Assembly (NCBI GenBank): GCA_005791575.1
Contig: SXWA01000004.1
Coordinates: 1-61,811, forward strand
Direction of reading: 5' to 3'
Length of the DNA: 61,811 bases
Origin: Planctomycetaceae bacterium
GTDB taxonomy: Bacteria; Planctomycetota; Planctomycetia; Pirellulales; UBA1268
Shown here in pieces: positions 7,913 to 18,280 of the stretch. Position 1 is the first letter of the stretch. Every line of letters starts with the position of its first letter. The translations under genes and the position numbers were made by a program. The notes under the pieces are model-generated. The model was not told the origin of the DNA and ran no database searches. It was given only the letters and a program-made list of their open reading frames with translations.

Positions 7913-9229
7913 ATGGTGAACTCCCCGTCGGCCGCTGATCCGGCCGCCGCACTGGTGCGCCGCACGATCGCCGGCGTCTCTGTGGCCGAGCTGGCCCAGG
8001 CCCATGGCACGCCGCTCTACGTCTACGACGCCGCGACGATCCGGCGGCGCTGCCGGGACCTCGCGCGGTGGGACACCGTGCGCTTCGCCCAGAAGGCCTG
8101 CTCCAACATCGCCGTCCTCGATCTCGTGCGGCGCGAGGGGGTGCTCGTCGATGCCGTCAGTGCCGGGGAGATCCACCGGGCGCTGGCGGCCGGTTACCCA
8201 GCGGCGACACCACGGGGGACGGCCGACGACCTGCCGCCAGCCCATCCCATCGTCTATACCGCCGATATCTTCGACCGTGAGAGCCTCGAAGTGGTCGTCC
8301 GGCACGGTATCCACGTCAACTGCGGTTCCAGCGACATGCTCGAGCAACTCTCCGCCCGGATGCCGGGGGCGGAGGTGACGCTGCGGGTCAATCCCGGGTT
8401 CGGTCACGGCCCCAGCCAGAAGACCAACACCGGCGGGGAAGGCTCGAAGCACGGGATCTGGCACGCCGACGTGCCCGATGCGCTGCGGCGGGCGGAATGG
8501 TCCGGACTGGCGGTCACCGGCCTCCACATGCACATCGGCAGTGGCACCGACCTGGCGCACCTGGCGGAGGTCGCCGGGGCGCTCGAGCGTGTGGCGGAGG
8601 AGATCGGCCGGTCGCTGACCACGATCAGCGCCGGCGGCGGCCTTCCGGTGCCCTACCGCCCCGGCGAGGTGCATGCCGACCTGGGGGGCTACTTCGACCT
8701 CTGGGACGCCACGCGCCGCCGCCTCGAGGCCCGGTTCGGCCATCGGCTGCGCCTCGAGCTGGAGCCGGGGCGCTACCTGACTGCAGAAGCCGGCTTCCTC
8801 GTGACCGAGATCCGCGCCGTGAAGCGGCAGGGCAGCCGCACCTACCTGCTGGTCGATGCCGGCTTCAACACGCTCGCCCGCCCGGTGATGTACGGGGCCT
8901 ACCACCCGATGAGCCTCTGCCCGTGCGATCCGCTCGTCGCCGAGGGCCCGGCACCCCGTTCCACGGAGGTGGCGGTCGGGGGACCGCTGTGCGAATCGGG
9001 CGACATCTTCACCCAGACCGACGGCGGGTTCGTGGCGACCCGCCCCCTCCCCGAGGCGGCGGTCGGCGACCTGCTGGTGATCGAGGTGGCCGGCGCCTAC
9101 GGGTTCGTGATGGCGAGCAACTACAACTCGAAACCGCTGCCCGCGGAGGTGCTCGTCGATGGGGGATACGGTCGGCTCGTCCGCCGCCGCCAGTCGGTCG
9201 GCGATCTGGTGAGTGGCGAGACGGTCTGA
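7913..9229 (+). CDS. lysA: Diaminopimelate decarboxylase
   Basis: GTPLYVYD, FAQKAC (PLP Lys), HMHIGS, EPGRYL, CESGD, GAYG..MASNYN. Confidence 0.95.
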   Translation: MVNSPSAADPAAALVRRTIAGVSVAELAQAHGTPLYVYDAATIRRRCRDLARWDTVRFAQKACSNIAVLDLVRREGVLVDAVSAGEIHRALAAGYPAATPRGTADDLPPAHPIVYTADIFDRESLEVVVRHGIHVNCGSSDMLEQLSARMPGAEVTLRVNPGFGHGPSQKTNTGGEGSKHGIWHADVPDALRRAEWSGLAVTGLHMHIGSGTDLAHLAEVAGALERVAEEIGRSLTTISAGGGLPVPYRPGEVHADLGGYFDLWDATRRRLEARFGHRLRLELEPGRYLTAEAGFLVTEIRAVKRQGSRTYLLVDAGFNTLARPVMYGAYHPMSLCPCDPLVAEGPAPRSTEVAVGGPLCESGDIFTQTDGGFVATRPLPEAAVGDLLVIEVAGAYGFVMASNYNSKPLPAEVLVDGGYGRLVRRRQSVGDLVSGETV

Positions 9230-9294
9230 CCGACCGGTTCCTCGGGGGGCGAGCGGCGGCGTGGAAAACGGGGCCGTTTCCCGGTGGAAAGTCC

Positions 9295-9323
9295 GCCGCG
9301 GATTCCGCCGCGGCCCTTTTTTT
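9295..9323 (+). terminator. Putative intrinsic terminator after lysA
   Basis: GCCGCGG-ATTCCG-CCGCGGC stem-loop followed by CC and T7. Confidence 0.5.
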
Positions 9324-9411
9324 CCCGATCAGCCCAGTTTGGTCGGGCCGGACATGACGGCTAGAATCGTGTCAGTGCAGTCCTCCGCTCCCCCTGGACG
9401 ATCCCCTTGCC

Positions 9412-9807
9412 ATGGCCAAAGCCGGACCCCGCAAGAAACTGCCGAAGGAACTGGCCGTGATCACGGCCGACAACTGCACCGGGTGCGAGTCGTGCCTGGA
9501 GGTCTGCCCGGTCGATTGCATCATCAAGGTGCAGCAGTACGACCAGTTCCACAACCTGCAGAGCTGGTGCGAGATCGACGTCGAGCGGTGCGTGGGCTGC
9601 GAGGTCTGCGTCCACATCCCGGGAAAGAAGTCGAATCCCTACGACCTCAAGGTTTGTCCCTGGGATGCGATCGAGATGGTACCGACGGAGATGGTGGCCA
9701 TCGCCGTGGCCCAGAGTGGCGGCCCTCCCGAATATGTCGAGGCCAACTGGGATCGGCTCGTCGGCAACGCCCAGCGGCTCGTCGAGATGAAGGTCGCCAC
9801 CGGCTGA
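9412..9807 (+). CDS. 2x[4Fe-4S] ferredoxin-like protein
   Basis: CTGCESCLEVCP and CVGCEVC...CPWDAI motifs. Confidence 0.9.
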   Translation: MAKAGPRKKLPKELAVITADNCTGCESCLEVCPVDCIIKVQQYDQFHNLQSWCEIDVERCVGCEVCVHIPGKKSNPYDLKVCPWDAIEMVPTEMVAIAVAQSGGPPEYVEANWDRLVGNAQRLVEMKVATG

Positions 9808-9898
9808 GCGGGCCCGTGTTCCCGCGGGCCCGTGTTCCCGCGGGCCCGTGGTGGGCTCACGGTGGGTGCCCCACGGGGCTCACGGTGGGTGCCCCACG
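9808..9898. repeat. Two adjacent short tandem repeats (16 bp x ~2.7; 23 bp x 2)
   Basis: GCGGGCCCGTGTTCCC at 9808, 9824 and 9840 (partial); GGGCTCACGGTGGGTGCCCCACG at 9853 and 9876. Confidence 0.85.
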
Positions 9899-9999
9899 GG
9901 GGAGCGATGGGGGAGAGCCAGCCGTTGGTTTGACGACCGGCCAGCCAGCGCTTTACAACGGTACGGACGTACACATCATCCGTCTCGCCGGGTGCTGCG

Positions 10000-11199
10000 A
10001 TGGCCCCTCCCCCCTCGTCTGAACCTGCCCACCCATCCGCCAACGGTTCCACCTCCGGAAGCGATGGCGCCGCCCACGCACCCGGCATGCTGCGCGACCA
10101 TGTCCGCTTGGCGTGCGTGCCGGGAATCGGCTCCCGCCTGCGGCGCCTGCTCCTCGAGCGGTTCGGTTCACCGGCAGCGGTGTTCGCGGCAGCACCCGCC
10201 GACATCATCGGCATCGGTCGGATCAGCCGTCGTTTGGCGACCGATCTTCCCCGGCTGGTCAGCGAGTCGGACGCCGACGCACTCCTCGGGATCTGTCACC
10301 GGGAGGGAGTCCGCATCCTGCTCGAGGGTGATCGCGACTACCCACCCCTGCTCGCCCGGATCCCCGACCCTCCCGGAGTGCTGTTCGTGCGCGGCGGTTT
10401 CGCCCCCAGCGATGCGCTGGCGGTGGCGATCGTCGGCAGCCGTCACGCGACCGACTACGGCATGCGGGTCGCCGGCCAACTCGCCGGCGGACTTTCCCGG
10501 GCCGGCTACACGGTCGTCAGCGGACTGGCCCGCGGCATCGACGCCGCAGCCCACCGCGGGGCGCTCGCCGCCGGCGGGCGGACGATCGCCGTGCTCGGCA
10601 GTGGCGTGCTGGAGGTCTACCCACCGGAGCATCGTGGACTGGCCGAGGAGGTCATCGCCCACGGGGCCCTGCTGAGCGAAGCGCCGCCGCTGGCGGAACC
10701 GCATCCCGGGGCATTCCCCCAACGCAACCGGATCGTGTCGGGGCTGTCGCTCGGCACGGTCGTGGTGCAGGCCTCGGGGCGCTCCGGCGCCCTGATCACC
10801 GCCCGCCTCGCCACGGAGCAGGGGCGGGAGGTGTTCGCCGTCCCGGGGCCGATCGACTGCCGGATGTCGCTGGGCTGCCACGATCTGCTCCGCGACGGGG
10901 CGACCCTCGTGTCGAGCGTCGACGACATCCTGGCGGAGCTCGGCCCACTGTTCGAGACCGCCACATCGGCCGCCGGCGACATGGTGGAAAGCCCCGCCGA
11001 ATTGGCCCTCGACGAACAGGAGCGGACGGTCCTGAAGGCGATCGCACCGGCAGGGAGCCGTCGGGGCGAGCCACGGCTTGTCGACGATGTGGTCGATTCC
11101 ACCGGCCTGGCGGCATCGCAGGTGCTCGCGACGATCGGCGTGCTGGAGATGCGACGGCTGGTGAAACGCCTCCCGGGCAACCGCGTGGCGCGGGCCTGA
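10000..11199 (+). CDS. dprA: DNA-processing protein DprA
   Basis: YPPLLARIPDPP, VAIVGSR, VVSGLARGID, FPQRNRIVSGLS, SGALITA, GREVFAVPG; C-terminal winged helix. Confidence 0.95.
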   Translation: MAPPPSSEPAHPSANGSTSGSDGAAHAPGMLRDHVRLACVPGIGSRLRRLLLERFGSPAAVFAAAPADIIGIGRISRRLATDLPRLVSESDADALLGICHREGVRILLEGDRDYPPLLARIPDPPGVLFVRGGFAPSDALAVAIVGSRHATDYGMRVAGQLAGGLSRAGYTVVSGLARGIDAAAHRGALAAGGRTIAVLGSGVLEVYPPEHRGLAEEVIAHGALLSEAPPLAEPHPGAFPQRNRIVSGLSLGTVVVQASGRSGALITARLATEQGREVFAVPGPIDCRMSLGCHDLLRDGATLVSSVDDILAELGPLFETATSAAGDMVESPAELALDEQERTVLKAIAPAGSRRGEPRLVDDVVDSTGLAASQVLATIGVLEMRRLVKRLPGNRVARA

Positions 11200-11317
11200 A
11201 GTCGGCCCTGCCGTGACGCGACGGCGCGATTGGCCATGGCACGGCAGCGCGATGGCATCGCAGGCGGGTCCGGTCGCGGGCTTGGCCATCCCCGCGGGGG
11301 GCCGTACACTTCACCCC

Positions 11318-12449
11318 ATGGATACTGCACTCCACACCCGTTCCAGCTTGATCCGCGCCCGGCTCCTCCAGCTCCGAGACTCTCTTTGACTGGGAAGGGC
11401 GCAAAAAGCACGCTGCGCGGATCGAGGAGGCGATGTCGCAGGCCGGATTCTGGGACAACCAGGAGAGGGCCCAGGCCACCGTCGCCGAGCTGAAGGCGGT
11501 CAACGCGGTCCTCAAGCCGCTCGACGAAGCGCTCGCGGCCAGTAGCGATCTGGAGGCGCTCGAGGAACTCGCCCGCGAGGACGAGTCGCTCGAGGGAGAA
11601 CTTCTCCGGGAGGCCGACTCGCTCGACAAGAAGGTCGCGGCGCTGGAACTGGCCTCGCTGCTCTCCGGCCCACATGACGGGTCGGATGCCCTGCTGAGTT
11701 TCAACGCCCGCGATGGTGGCACCGACGCCAACGACTGGGCGGAGATGCTCCTGCGGATGTATTCCTCCTGGGCCGCCAAGCACGACTTCGCCGTCGAGCT
11801 GCTCGACCGGCAGGACGACGAGGTGGCTGGAATCCAAAGTGCCACGATCGCCATCCGTGGTCCCTGGGCCTACGGCTACCTGAAGGGGGAATCGGGCATC
11901 CACCGCCTGGTGCGCATCAGTCCCTTCAATTCCGAGGGCAAGCGGCAGACGAGCTTCGCCGCCGTCGACGTGGCCCCGGAGATCCCCGACGACGACACCG
12001 AGGTGGAGATCGCCGACGCCGACATCCGCGAGGACGTGTTCCGGGCGAGTGGTGCCGGTGGCCAGCATGTCAACAAGACATCGAGCGCCATCCGCATCAC
12101 CCACTTCCCGACCGGCATCGTCGTGCAGTGCCAGAGCGAGCGCAGCCAGCACAAGAACCGGGCCACGGCGATGAAGATGCTCCGGGCCCGCATCGCGCGG
12201 ATCCAGGAGGAGAAGCGCGAGGCCGAGAAGCACGCCCAACACCAGTCGAAGCCGAAGACCGGGTTCGGGTCGCAGATCCGCAACTACTTTCTCCACCCCG
12301 ACCAGCGGGTCAAGGACCAGCGGACCGGCCATTACGTCGGGAGTTTCCAGAGCGTCCTCGACGGCAACCTCGACGGGTTCCTCGATGCCTACCTCCGCTG
12401 GCAGGCTTCCGGATCGGCCCCCGATGCGGGCGGCGGCGACGACGCGTGA
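11318..12449 (+). CDS. prfB: Peptide chain release factor 2, decoded via a programmed +1 frameshift at CTT-TGA-C (11384-11390)
   Basis: A 23-codon ORF from ATG 11318 ends CTT TGA. The +1 frame continues into the RF2 body with SPF and GGQ motifs. Confidence 0.95.
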
Positions 12450-12604
12450 GCCGGATCTCCCGCTTCCCGGCCTCCCCTTGCCGCTTCGGCGGTCGGGCAT
12501 TCGTCGCCCCTCCAGGGTGCGAATCCCCACCGGGACTGCTGGACGCCCGGCGCCAGCGGGGCTAGCATCTTGGGGTCGCGAACGTCGGATCCCGAAGGAA
12601 ACCC

Positions 12605-12826
12605 ATGGCGGAAAAAGAACAGGCGCTCGAAGTCGAGGGCGTGGTCACGCAGGCCCTTGCCAATACCCGCTTCCGCGTGCAGATCACCGGGGGGCATGTT
12701 GTCAACGCGCACGTCGCGGGAAAGATGCGCAAGAACTTCATCCGCATCGTGCCGGGCGACAAAGTGAAGGTCGAACTCTCTCCCTACGACCTCACCAAGG
12801 GACGGATCACGTTTCGCGAGCGCTGA
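12605..12826 (+). CDS. infA: Translation initiation factor IF-1
   Basis: [33 protein letters not shown]. Confidence 0.97.
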   Translation: MAEKEQALEVEGVVTQALANTRFRVQITGGHVVNAHVAGKMRKNFIRIVPGDKVKVELSPYDLTKGRITFRER

Positions 12827-12880
12827 TCTCGGGCCTCCCGCATTGACGACGGGTCGCGAGCATTTGGCCCTGGGGCCAAG

Positions 12881-15799
12881 TCAGCCATCTCCCGCGGGAG
12901 GTGGCGAGGTGGGCTCGCCCGCAGCGAGTTCCGCATGGTCTGCCTGCGGCCGTTGGCCGTTCTCCGGAACCGTCTCGCCGGTTCCGCGTGCCGGCACGGC
13001 AGGCCCTTCACCCCGATCCGCCATGCCATCGGCCGTCGCCGGGTGTGCATCCTCCGGACCGGCGACCGTGCGCTCGACGTGGTCGGTCTCGATCTGGTCG
13101 GTGTCGCGTGCCGCCGCCGGGGCTTCGTCATTCCGGCTCCCGCGTGACGACTCCACGTTGGCGGGCCCCACCGGTGGCGCTGCCTTCTCGAAGAATTGCT
13201 TGAGATCACCGAACGTCCGCAGCGGTTCTTTCCCCTGCCGCATGGCGTCGGAAAGTGGTTTGGCTTCCTTGGCGGCCCGCGTCTCGTAGACACGCTTGGG
13301 GGGATCCGCCGGCGGCGCCGCGTCGCGCCCGCCGAGTTGCGGCTGCCGGGGCTTCGGCGACGGAGTCCGGTCACGTGGCTCACGGCGTTCCCCGCCGGGC
13401 TGACGTGGGCCGGGACGCCGCCCATCTCCCTGCTGGCCACCCGGTCGTGCGCCAGCCGCTGCCGGCGTGCCTCCCGCTCCCGGTGCCCCTTGCGGTCGCT
13501 CCCCTCCACCGCGCCGTCCCGGTTTGCCGCCCTGCCCCGCGGCACGCGAACCCTGCGCATCGGTCGCCGCCGGCGGGCGATCCATCCGCCGCTGACCTGG
13601 CGGCGGTCCCGGAGGGATCATCGTCAGGCTCACGCGCCGCCGGGCCTTGTCGATCTCCAGAACCCAGACCTTGACGATCTGCCCGACCGAAACCAGGTCG
13701 TGGGGATCGCGGACGAAGCGCCGCGACAACTGGCTGATGTGCACCATGCCGCTGTCGTGCATGCCGATGTCGACGAAGACGCCGAAATCGACCACGTTGA
13801 GCACCGAGCCGAGCAACTCCATCCCGACCTGGAGGTCTTCGAGCTTGAGCACCCCCTTCTTGAAGAATGGTGGGGGAAGATCCTCGCGTGGATCACGGCC
13901 CGGTCGCGCCAACTGCTCGACGATGTCCGCCAGGAGCAGGCGCCCGACCCCGAGTTCGGCCGCCAGGCCGGGGAGGTCGACGGTCGCGGCCTTTTCCGCC
14001 AGGGCGGCTGCCGCCTGACGGTTCGCCAGGTCCTCCGGTCGGCCACCGAGCCGCACGAGCACCTGCTCGGCGATCGGGTAGCTCTCGGGATGGATCCAGG
14101 TGGCATCGAGCGGGTTCTCGCCCCCGGCGATCTTGAGGAAGCCGACGGCCTGCACGAAAGCCGCCTCCCCGAAACCGGGCACCTCGAGAAACTGCCGCCG
14201 CGACGTGAACGCGCCGTTCTTGCTGCGCCATTCGACGAAGCCACGGGCGGTGGTCTGGTTGAGTCCCGAAACCCGCCGCAGGAGGGCGGGACTGGCCGTG
14301 TTGACGTCCACCCCGACGAAGTTGACGCAGCTCTCCACAACAGCCTCGAGCGAGGCGTGCAGGTGCCGGGCCTTGACGTCGTGCTGATAGAGGCCGACGC
14401 CGATGTTGGCCGGCTCGATCTTCACCAACTCCGAGAGCGGATCCTGCAGGCGGCGCCCGATCGAGATCGCCCCACGGACCGCCGCCTCGTGGCCGGGCAG
14501 TTCCTCGCGGGCATACGGGCTGGTCGAGTAGACGCTCGCCCCGGCTTCGTTGACGATCACGTACCCGACATCGGCCTCCGCCAACTCGCCGGCGACCAAC
14601 TCCGCCACGAGCGCCTCGACCGCGCGGCCGGCCGTGCCGTTGCCGACGGCGATCACCGTGCAGCCGTGCGTCTTCACCATCTCGGTGAGCTTGGCGGCGG
14701 CAGCAACGCGCTTCTCAGGCTTGCCGATGATGTGGAGCACGGCATGCTCCAGCGGGCTGCCACACTCGTCGATGGCCACCGCCTTGCAGCCGCTCTTGAA
14801 CCCCGGATCGAGGGCGAGCACCCGTCGCCCCATCACCGGTGCCTGGAGGAGCAGGTTCCGCAGGTTGCGGGCGAAGACCTCCACCGCGTGCGACTCGCAG
14901 ACGTCGGTCATCTCCCGACGGATTTCCCGTTCGAGGCTCGGGAGGACCAGCCGGGTGACGGCATCCCGGGCGCAGCCCCGGAGGAACACCGCATGGGGGT
15001 GGTCAGCAGGCACGAGCATGGCCTCGGCGGCTGTCTGCATCTCCTCGATCGGCCCATCCACTCGCACCTTGAGGAGCCGGGCCCGTTCGCCACGGTTGAT
15101 CGCCAGCACGCGGTGCGGTGGCACCCGCTGCACGTGTTCGGAGAAGGTGAAGTAGTCGCGGTAGTGCTTTTCGTCCTTCGACTGGGCCTTGCCGGGGCTC
15201 TCCACCCGCTGGCTGGTGAGATGCCCCTTGTCGGCGAGCATGCCGCGGAGGAGCTGCCTGAGGTCGGCACGCTCACTGTATTCGGCCGCGATGATGTGGC
15301 CCACCCCGAGCAGGGCATCGGCAGCGGTCGCCACCTGGCCGTCGGCATCGACGAAGTCGGCCGCACGCCGATCGAGGTCGAGGGCGGCCGGATCGGCGGC
15401 GACGATCTCGCGGGCGAGGGGATCCAGTCGGCGCTGCCGGGCGATCTCCGCCAGGGAAAGCTTGCGCGGCTTGAACGGGAGGTAGATGTCCTCGAGTTGC
15501 TTGGGGGTCTCAGCCGCCTCGATCCGCAACTCGAGTTCGGGGGTCATCCGCCCCTGCCCGCCGATCGTCCGGAGGATCGTCTGCTTGCGGTCGGCCAGAT
15601 GGCGGGCACGGGTGACCGCGTCGGCAATCCGCCGGACCGCGATCTCGTCGAGGCCCTCGGTCTGGTCGCGCCGGTAGCGGGTGATGAAGGGGATGGTGTT
15701 CCCCTCATCCAGCAGATGCACGACCGCCTCGACACCCGCAGCGGGGAGATCGAGTCGCCGGGCCAGCAGCCCGAGATCGATGAGCGTTGGGGATCCCAT
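12881..15799 (-). CDS. tex: Tex-family RNA-binding transcription accessory protein with a long low-complexity C-tail
   Basis: LLDEGNTIPFITRYR, EDIYLPFKP, DPGFKSGCK, VNEAGASVYS, RRLQDPLSELVKI, S1 domain (NVVDFGVFVDIG). Confidence 0.93.
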   Translation of the reverse strand: MGSPTLIDLGLLARRLDLPAAGVEAVVHLLDEGNTIPFITRYRRDQTEGLDEIAVRRIADAVTRARHLADRKQTILRTIGGQGRMTPELELRIEAAETPKQLEDIYLPFKPRKLSLAEIARQRRLDPLAREIVAADPAALDLDRRAADFVDADGQVATAADALLGVGHIIAAEYSERADLRQLLRGMLADKGHLTSQRVESPGKAQSKDEKHYRDYFTFSEHVQRVPPHRVLAINRGERARLLKVRVDGPIEEMQTAAEAMLVPADHPHAVFLRGCARDAVTRLVLPSLEREIRREMTDVCESHAVEVFARNLRNLLLQAPVMGRRVLALDPGFKSGCKAVAIDECGSPLEHAVLHIIGKPEKRVAAAAKLTEMVKTHGCTVIAVGNGTAGRAVEALVAELVAGELAEADVGYVIVNEAGASVYSTSPYAREELPGHEAAVRGAISIGRRLQDPLSELVKIEPANIGVGLYQHDVKARHLHASLEAVVESCVNFVGVDVNTASPALLRRVSGLNQTTARGFVEWRSKNGAFTSRRQFLEVPGFGEAAFVQAVGFLKIAGGENPLDATWIHPESYPIAEQVLVRLGGRPEDLANRQAAAALAEKAATVDLPGLAAELGVGRLLLADIVEQLARPGRDPREDLPPPFFKKGVLKLEDLQVGMELLGSVLNVVDFGVFVDIGMHDSGMVHISQLSRRFVRDPHDLVSVGQIVKVWVLEIDKARRRVSLTMIPPGPPPGQRRMDRPPAATDAQGSRAAGQGGKPGRRGGGERPQGAPGAGGTPAAAGARPGGQQGDGRRPGPRQPGGERREPRDRTPSPKPRQPQLGGRDAAPPADPPKRVYETRAAKEAKPLSDAMRQGKEPLRTFGDLKQFFEKAAPPVGPANVESSRGSRNDEAPAAARDTDQIETDHVERTVAGPEDAHPATADGMADRGEGPAVPARGTGETVPENGQRPQADHAELAAGEPTSPPPAGDG

Positions 15800-16218
15800 C
15801 CGACTCACGGGGCCGGGCGCATCGCGCACCCGCCACCGCGCGACTCCACAGGAGGCTCCCCATCGGGGCTTCAACGCCGGGAATGGGGCTGCAAAACCCC
15901 AGGAATCTAGGGTGTATGGCGAGGGGGTGTCAAACGGGTCGGTGTGGTCGTCGCCGGGAGAGGCCGGAACGGTGGCACCGCAGGCCACCGCGCTCCCGCA
16001 GATTGACCCCCACGACCGCGCGGTCACGGCTGGCCTTGACCGCGGTGCGCCCCGTTTCCTATCCCCCGCCTCTCCACCCGGCCGCGTGGCCGACGCCCCG
16101 GAAGACGGCCCCCCCACCTGCGAACGGTGAAAGTCTGGAGCGGAGCAGGGGCCGGCGACGATTGCATCGGCAGCCGAGGTCGACCCATGCCTCGCCCTCC
16201 ACACCCTGGAATGTCCCC

Positions 16219-17499
16219 ATGAGCCAGTCGTCGCCCTCCCCGACCGACGCCGGATCGCTTCTCCCCGCGGTCGGCCTGTTGGCCCTCGATCGGCAGTACG
16301 AGATGCTCCGCGAACCGATCCGCGCCGCCCTGGAGCGGGTGTGCGACTCCGGCCGGTTCGTCCTCGGGCCTGATGTCGCCGAGCTCGAGAACGAGCTGGC
16401 CCGGGCCCTCGACGTACCGCATGCGATCACCTGCGCCTCCGGCAGCGACGCCCTGCTCCTGGCCCTGATGGCGCTCGACGTGGGGCCGGGCGACGAGGTG
16501 ATCGTTCCCAGCTACACCTTCTTCGCCACCGCCAGCGCCGTCACGCGCCTCGGGGCCGTGCCGATCTTCGCCGATATCGACCCGGTCACCTACCTCGTCG
16601 ATCCGGTCGACGTGGCCAGGAAAATCAGCAGCCGCTGCCGGGCCATCGTGCCCGTCCACCTCTTCGGCCGCACCGCCGACATGGACGCCCTGCTGCCGAT
16701 CGCCGCGCGTGCCGGGATCCCGGTGGTCGAGGACTGCGCCCAATCGATTCTCTCCACCTGGCATGGCCGCTGCACCGGTGGCATCGGCGATGTCGGTTGC
16801 TTCAGCTTCTACCCGACGAAGAACCTCGGCGGCTGCGGCGACGGCGGGTTCCTCACCACCACCCGCGATGACATCGCGGCCCGGCTCCGGCTGCTACGGG
16901 TGCACGGGATGGAACCGCGGTATCACCATCAGGTGATCGGGATCAACAGCCGGCTCGACTCCCTGCAGGCGGCGGTGCTGCGGGTGAAGCTGCCCCACCT
17001 CGACGCCTGGACGGAAGCCCGCCGCACCAACGCCGCCCGCTACGGCGAGCACTTCGCCCGGGCCGGCCTCGACGGCTGGATCACGCTCCCCGGCGACGAA
17101 CACCGCGGCCGCCATGTCTGGAACCAGTACGTGATCCGCGTGGCCGACGGGCAGCGAGACGCCCTGCGCAGCCATCTCACCAACCACAAGGTGGGCACCG
17201 AGATCTACTACCCGATCCCGCTTCACCTCCAGGTGTGCTTCCGCCACCTGGGTTGGGCACCGGGCGATCTGCCGGAGACCGAACGGGCCGCGAACGAGAC
17301 GCTGGCGCTGCCGATCTACCCCGAGCTCACCGACGCCGAACAGCGCACGGTCGTCGGACGGATCGCGGAGTTCTTCCGCACCGCCCCCGCGCGAGCGCAG
17401 GCGAACTCCCCGCAGCCGGCCTCCGCCGCGGCGCTTGCCGGGCCGCACTTCATCCGCCGGATGAACCACGCGGAGCGGGTTGCCGACACCCGGCGCTGA
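16219..17499 (+). CDS. DegT/DnrJ/EryC1/StrS PLP-dependent aminotransferase
   Basis: SGSDAL, GPGDEVIVP, EDCAQS, FSFYPTKNLG, NSRLD. Confidence 0.93.
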   Translation: MSQSSPSPTDAGSLLPAVGLLALDRQYEMLREPIRAALERVCDSGRFVLGPDVAELENELARALDVPHAITCASGSDALLLALMALDVGPGDEVIVPSYTFFATASAVTRLGAVPIFADIDPVTYLVDPVDVARKISSRCRAIVPVHLFGRTADMDALLPIAARAGIPVVEDCAQSILSTWHGRCTGGIGDVGCFSFYPTKNLGGCGDGGFLTTTRDDIAARLRLLRVHGMEPRYHHQVIGINSRLDSLQAAVLRVKLPHLDAWTEARRTNAARYGEHFARAGLDGWITLPGDEHRGRHVWNQYVIRVADGQRDALRSHLTNHKVGTEIYYPIPLHLQVCFRHLGWAPGDLPETERAANETLALPIYPELTDAEQRTVVGRIAEFFRTAPARAQANSPQPASAAALAGPHFIRRMNHAERVADTRR

Positions 17500-17601
17500 C
17501 CTCCGCGCGCTCGAGAGCCCTGCACCGCACAGCGCCGACGCCATCGGCTCCGCCGACTCCACCGACCCGCGACCAGCGCCGCCTGACCGGCGGTTGGCTG
17601 C

Positions 17602-18003
17602 TCAGACCGAGTCGCGTCGCCGCCCGCTGCCGCGGCAGATCATGAACAGCCCCAAGCCGGCGGCCAGCACGGCCACGGCATACGAGGGCATGTATTTGAG
17701 TTGGCCTCCGACCGGGCCGCTCGATTCACCCGCTGCCGCAGCGGCTGCCTGAGCCGGGGGCGGTGCACCACCCCCGGCGGCAAAATTGGCAGCCATCTGC
17801 GCTCCGGGCACGTTGGCCATGGCTGCCGGATTCCCGGCCGTCACCGGCTTGCCCGCCTGCTCGAGCGGTGGGGCGAGGAGCGCGGCCCCACCCTGCGCGA
17901 ACACCGGAGTCCCGGCCGCCCCGGCCAGCGCGACTGCCACGACGGCAACCACCGCAAGGGGGCCGGAGGATTTCGGGCGTTGACGATGGACTGCGGTGAC
18001 CAT
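17602..18003 (-). CDS. Small exported/membrane protein
   Basis: Signal peptide (VFA-Q), Ala/Pro-rich body, C-terminal TM followed by basic tail RGSGRRR. Alternative start at 18036. Confidence 0.6.
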   Translation of the reverse strand: MVTAVHRQRPKSSGPLAVVAVVAVALAGAAGTPVFAQGGAALLAPPLEQAGKPVTAGNPAAMANVPGAQMAANFAAGGGAPPPAQAAAAAAGESSGPVGGQLKYMPSYAVAVLAAGLGLFMICRGSGRRRDSV

Positions 18004-18053
18004 GGTACCTGTTCCCTTGGGAGGCAATCGTGCCATGTATGCCGGCGGCCTGG

Positions 18054-18172
18054 CTGGCTGTGGAAAAACAGCCTGCCGCACCTCAGGGATGAGGTGCCGG
18101 GAGTACAACTCCCGTGAAAAGCGCAGCTTTTCGGGTGGCCAAAGGCCAAGGATGGACTTTGGCCACGGGCTG
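18054..18172 (-). mobile_element. 119-bp MITE copy
   Basis: Homologous to 5998-6116; flanked by CTGG/CTAG; in a divergent intergenic region. Confidence 0.8.
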
Positions 18173-18280
18173 CTAGCCTCCACCCGCGCGACCACACCCG
18201 GAGGGTACCATTCCCGGGAGCGGACGTCAGCCGGCCGGCCCGATCCCGCCGCCGCCCCGCCCTCCGCCGGAGAAAACACC

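Noticed and set aside
10000-11199. DprA SLOG domain as part of the TIR/SLOG system
   Set aside because: It is an ordinary full-length DprA in housekeeping context, 5 kb away.
13196-15910. Very long antisense/alternative-frame ORFs (e.g. 13196-15910, 24001-26499, 37739-40567, 45802-48621)
   Set aside because: These are shadow ORFs expected in high-GC DNA. They overlap well-supported genes and lack motifs.
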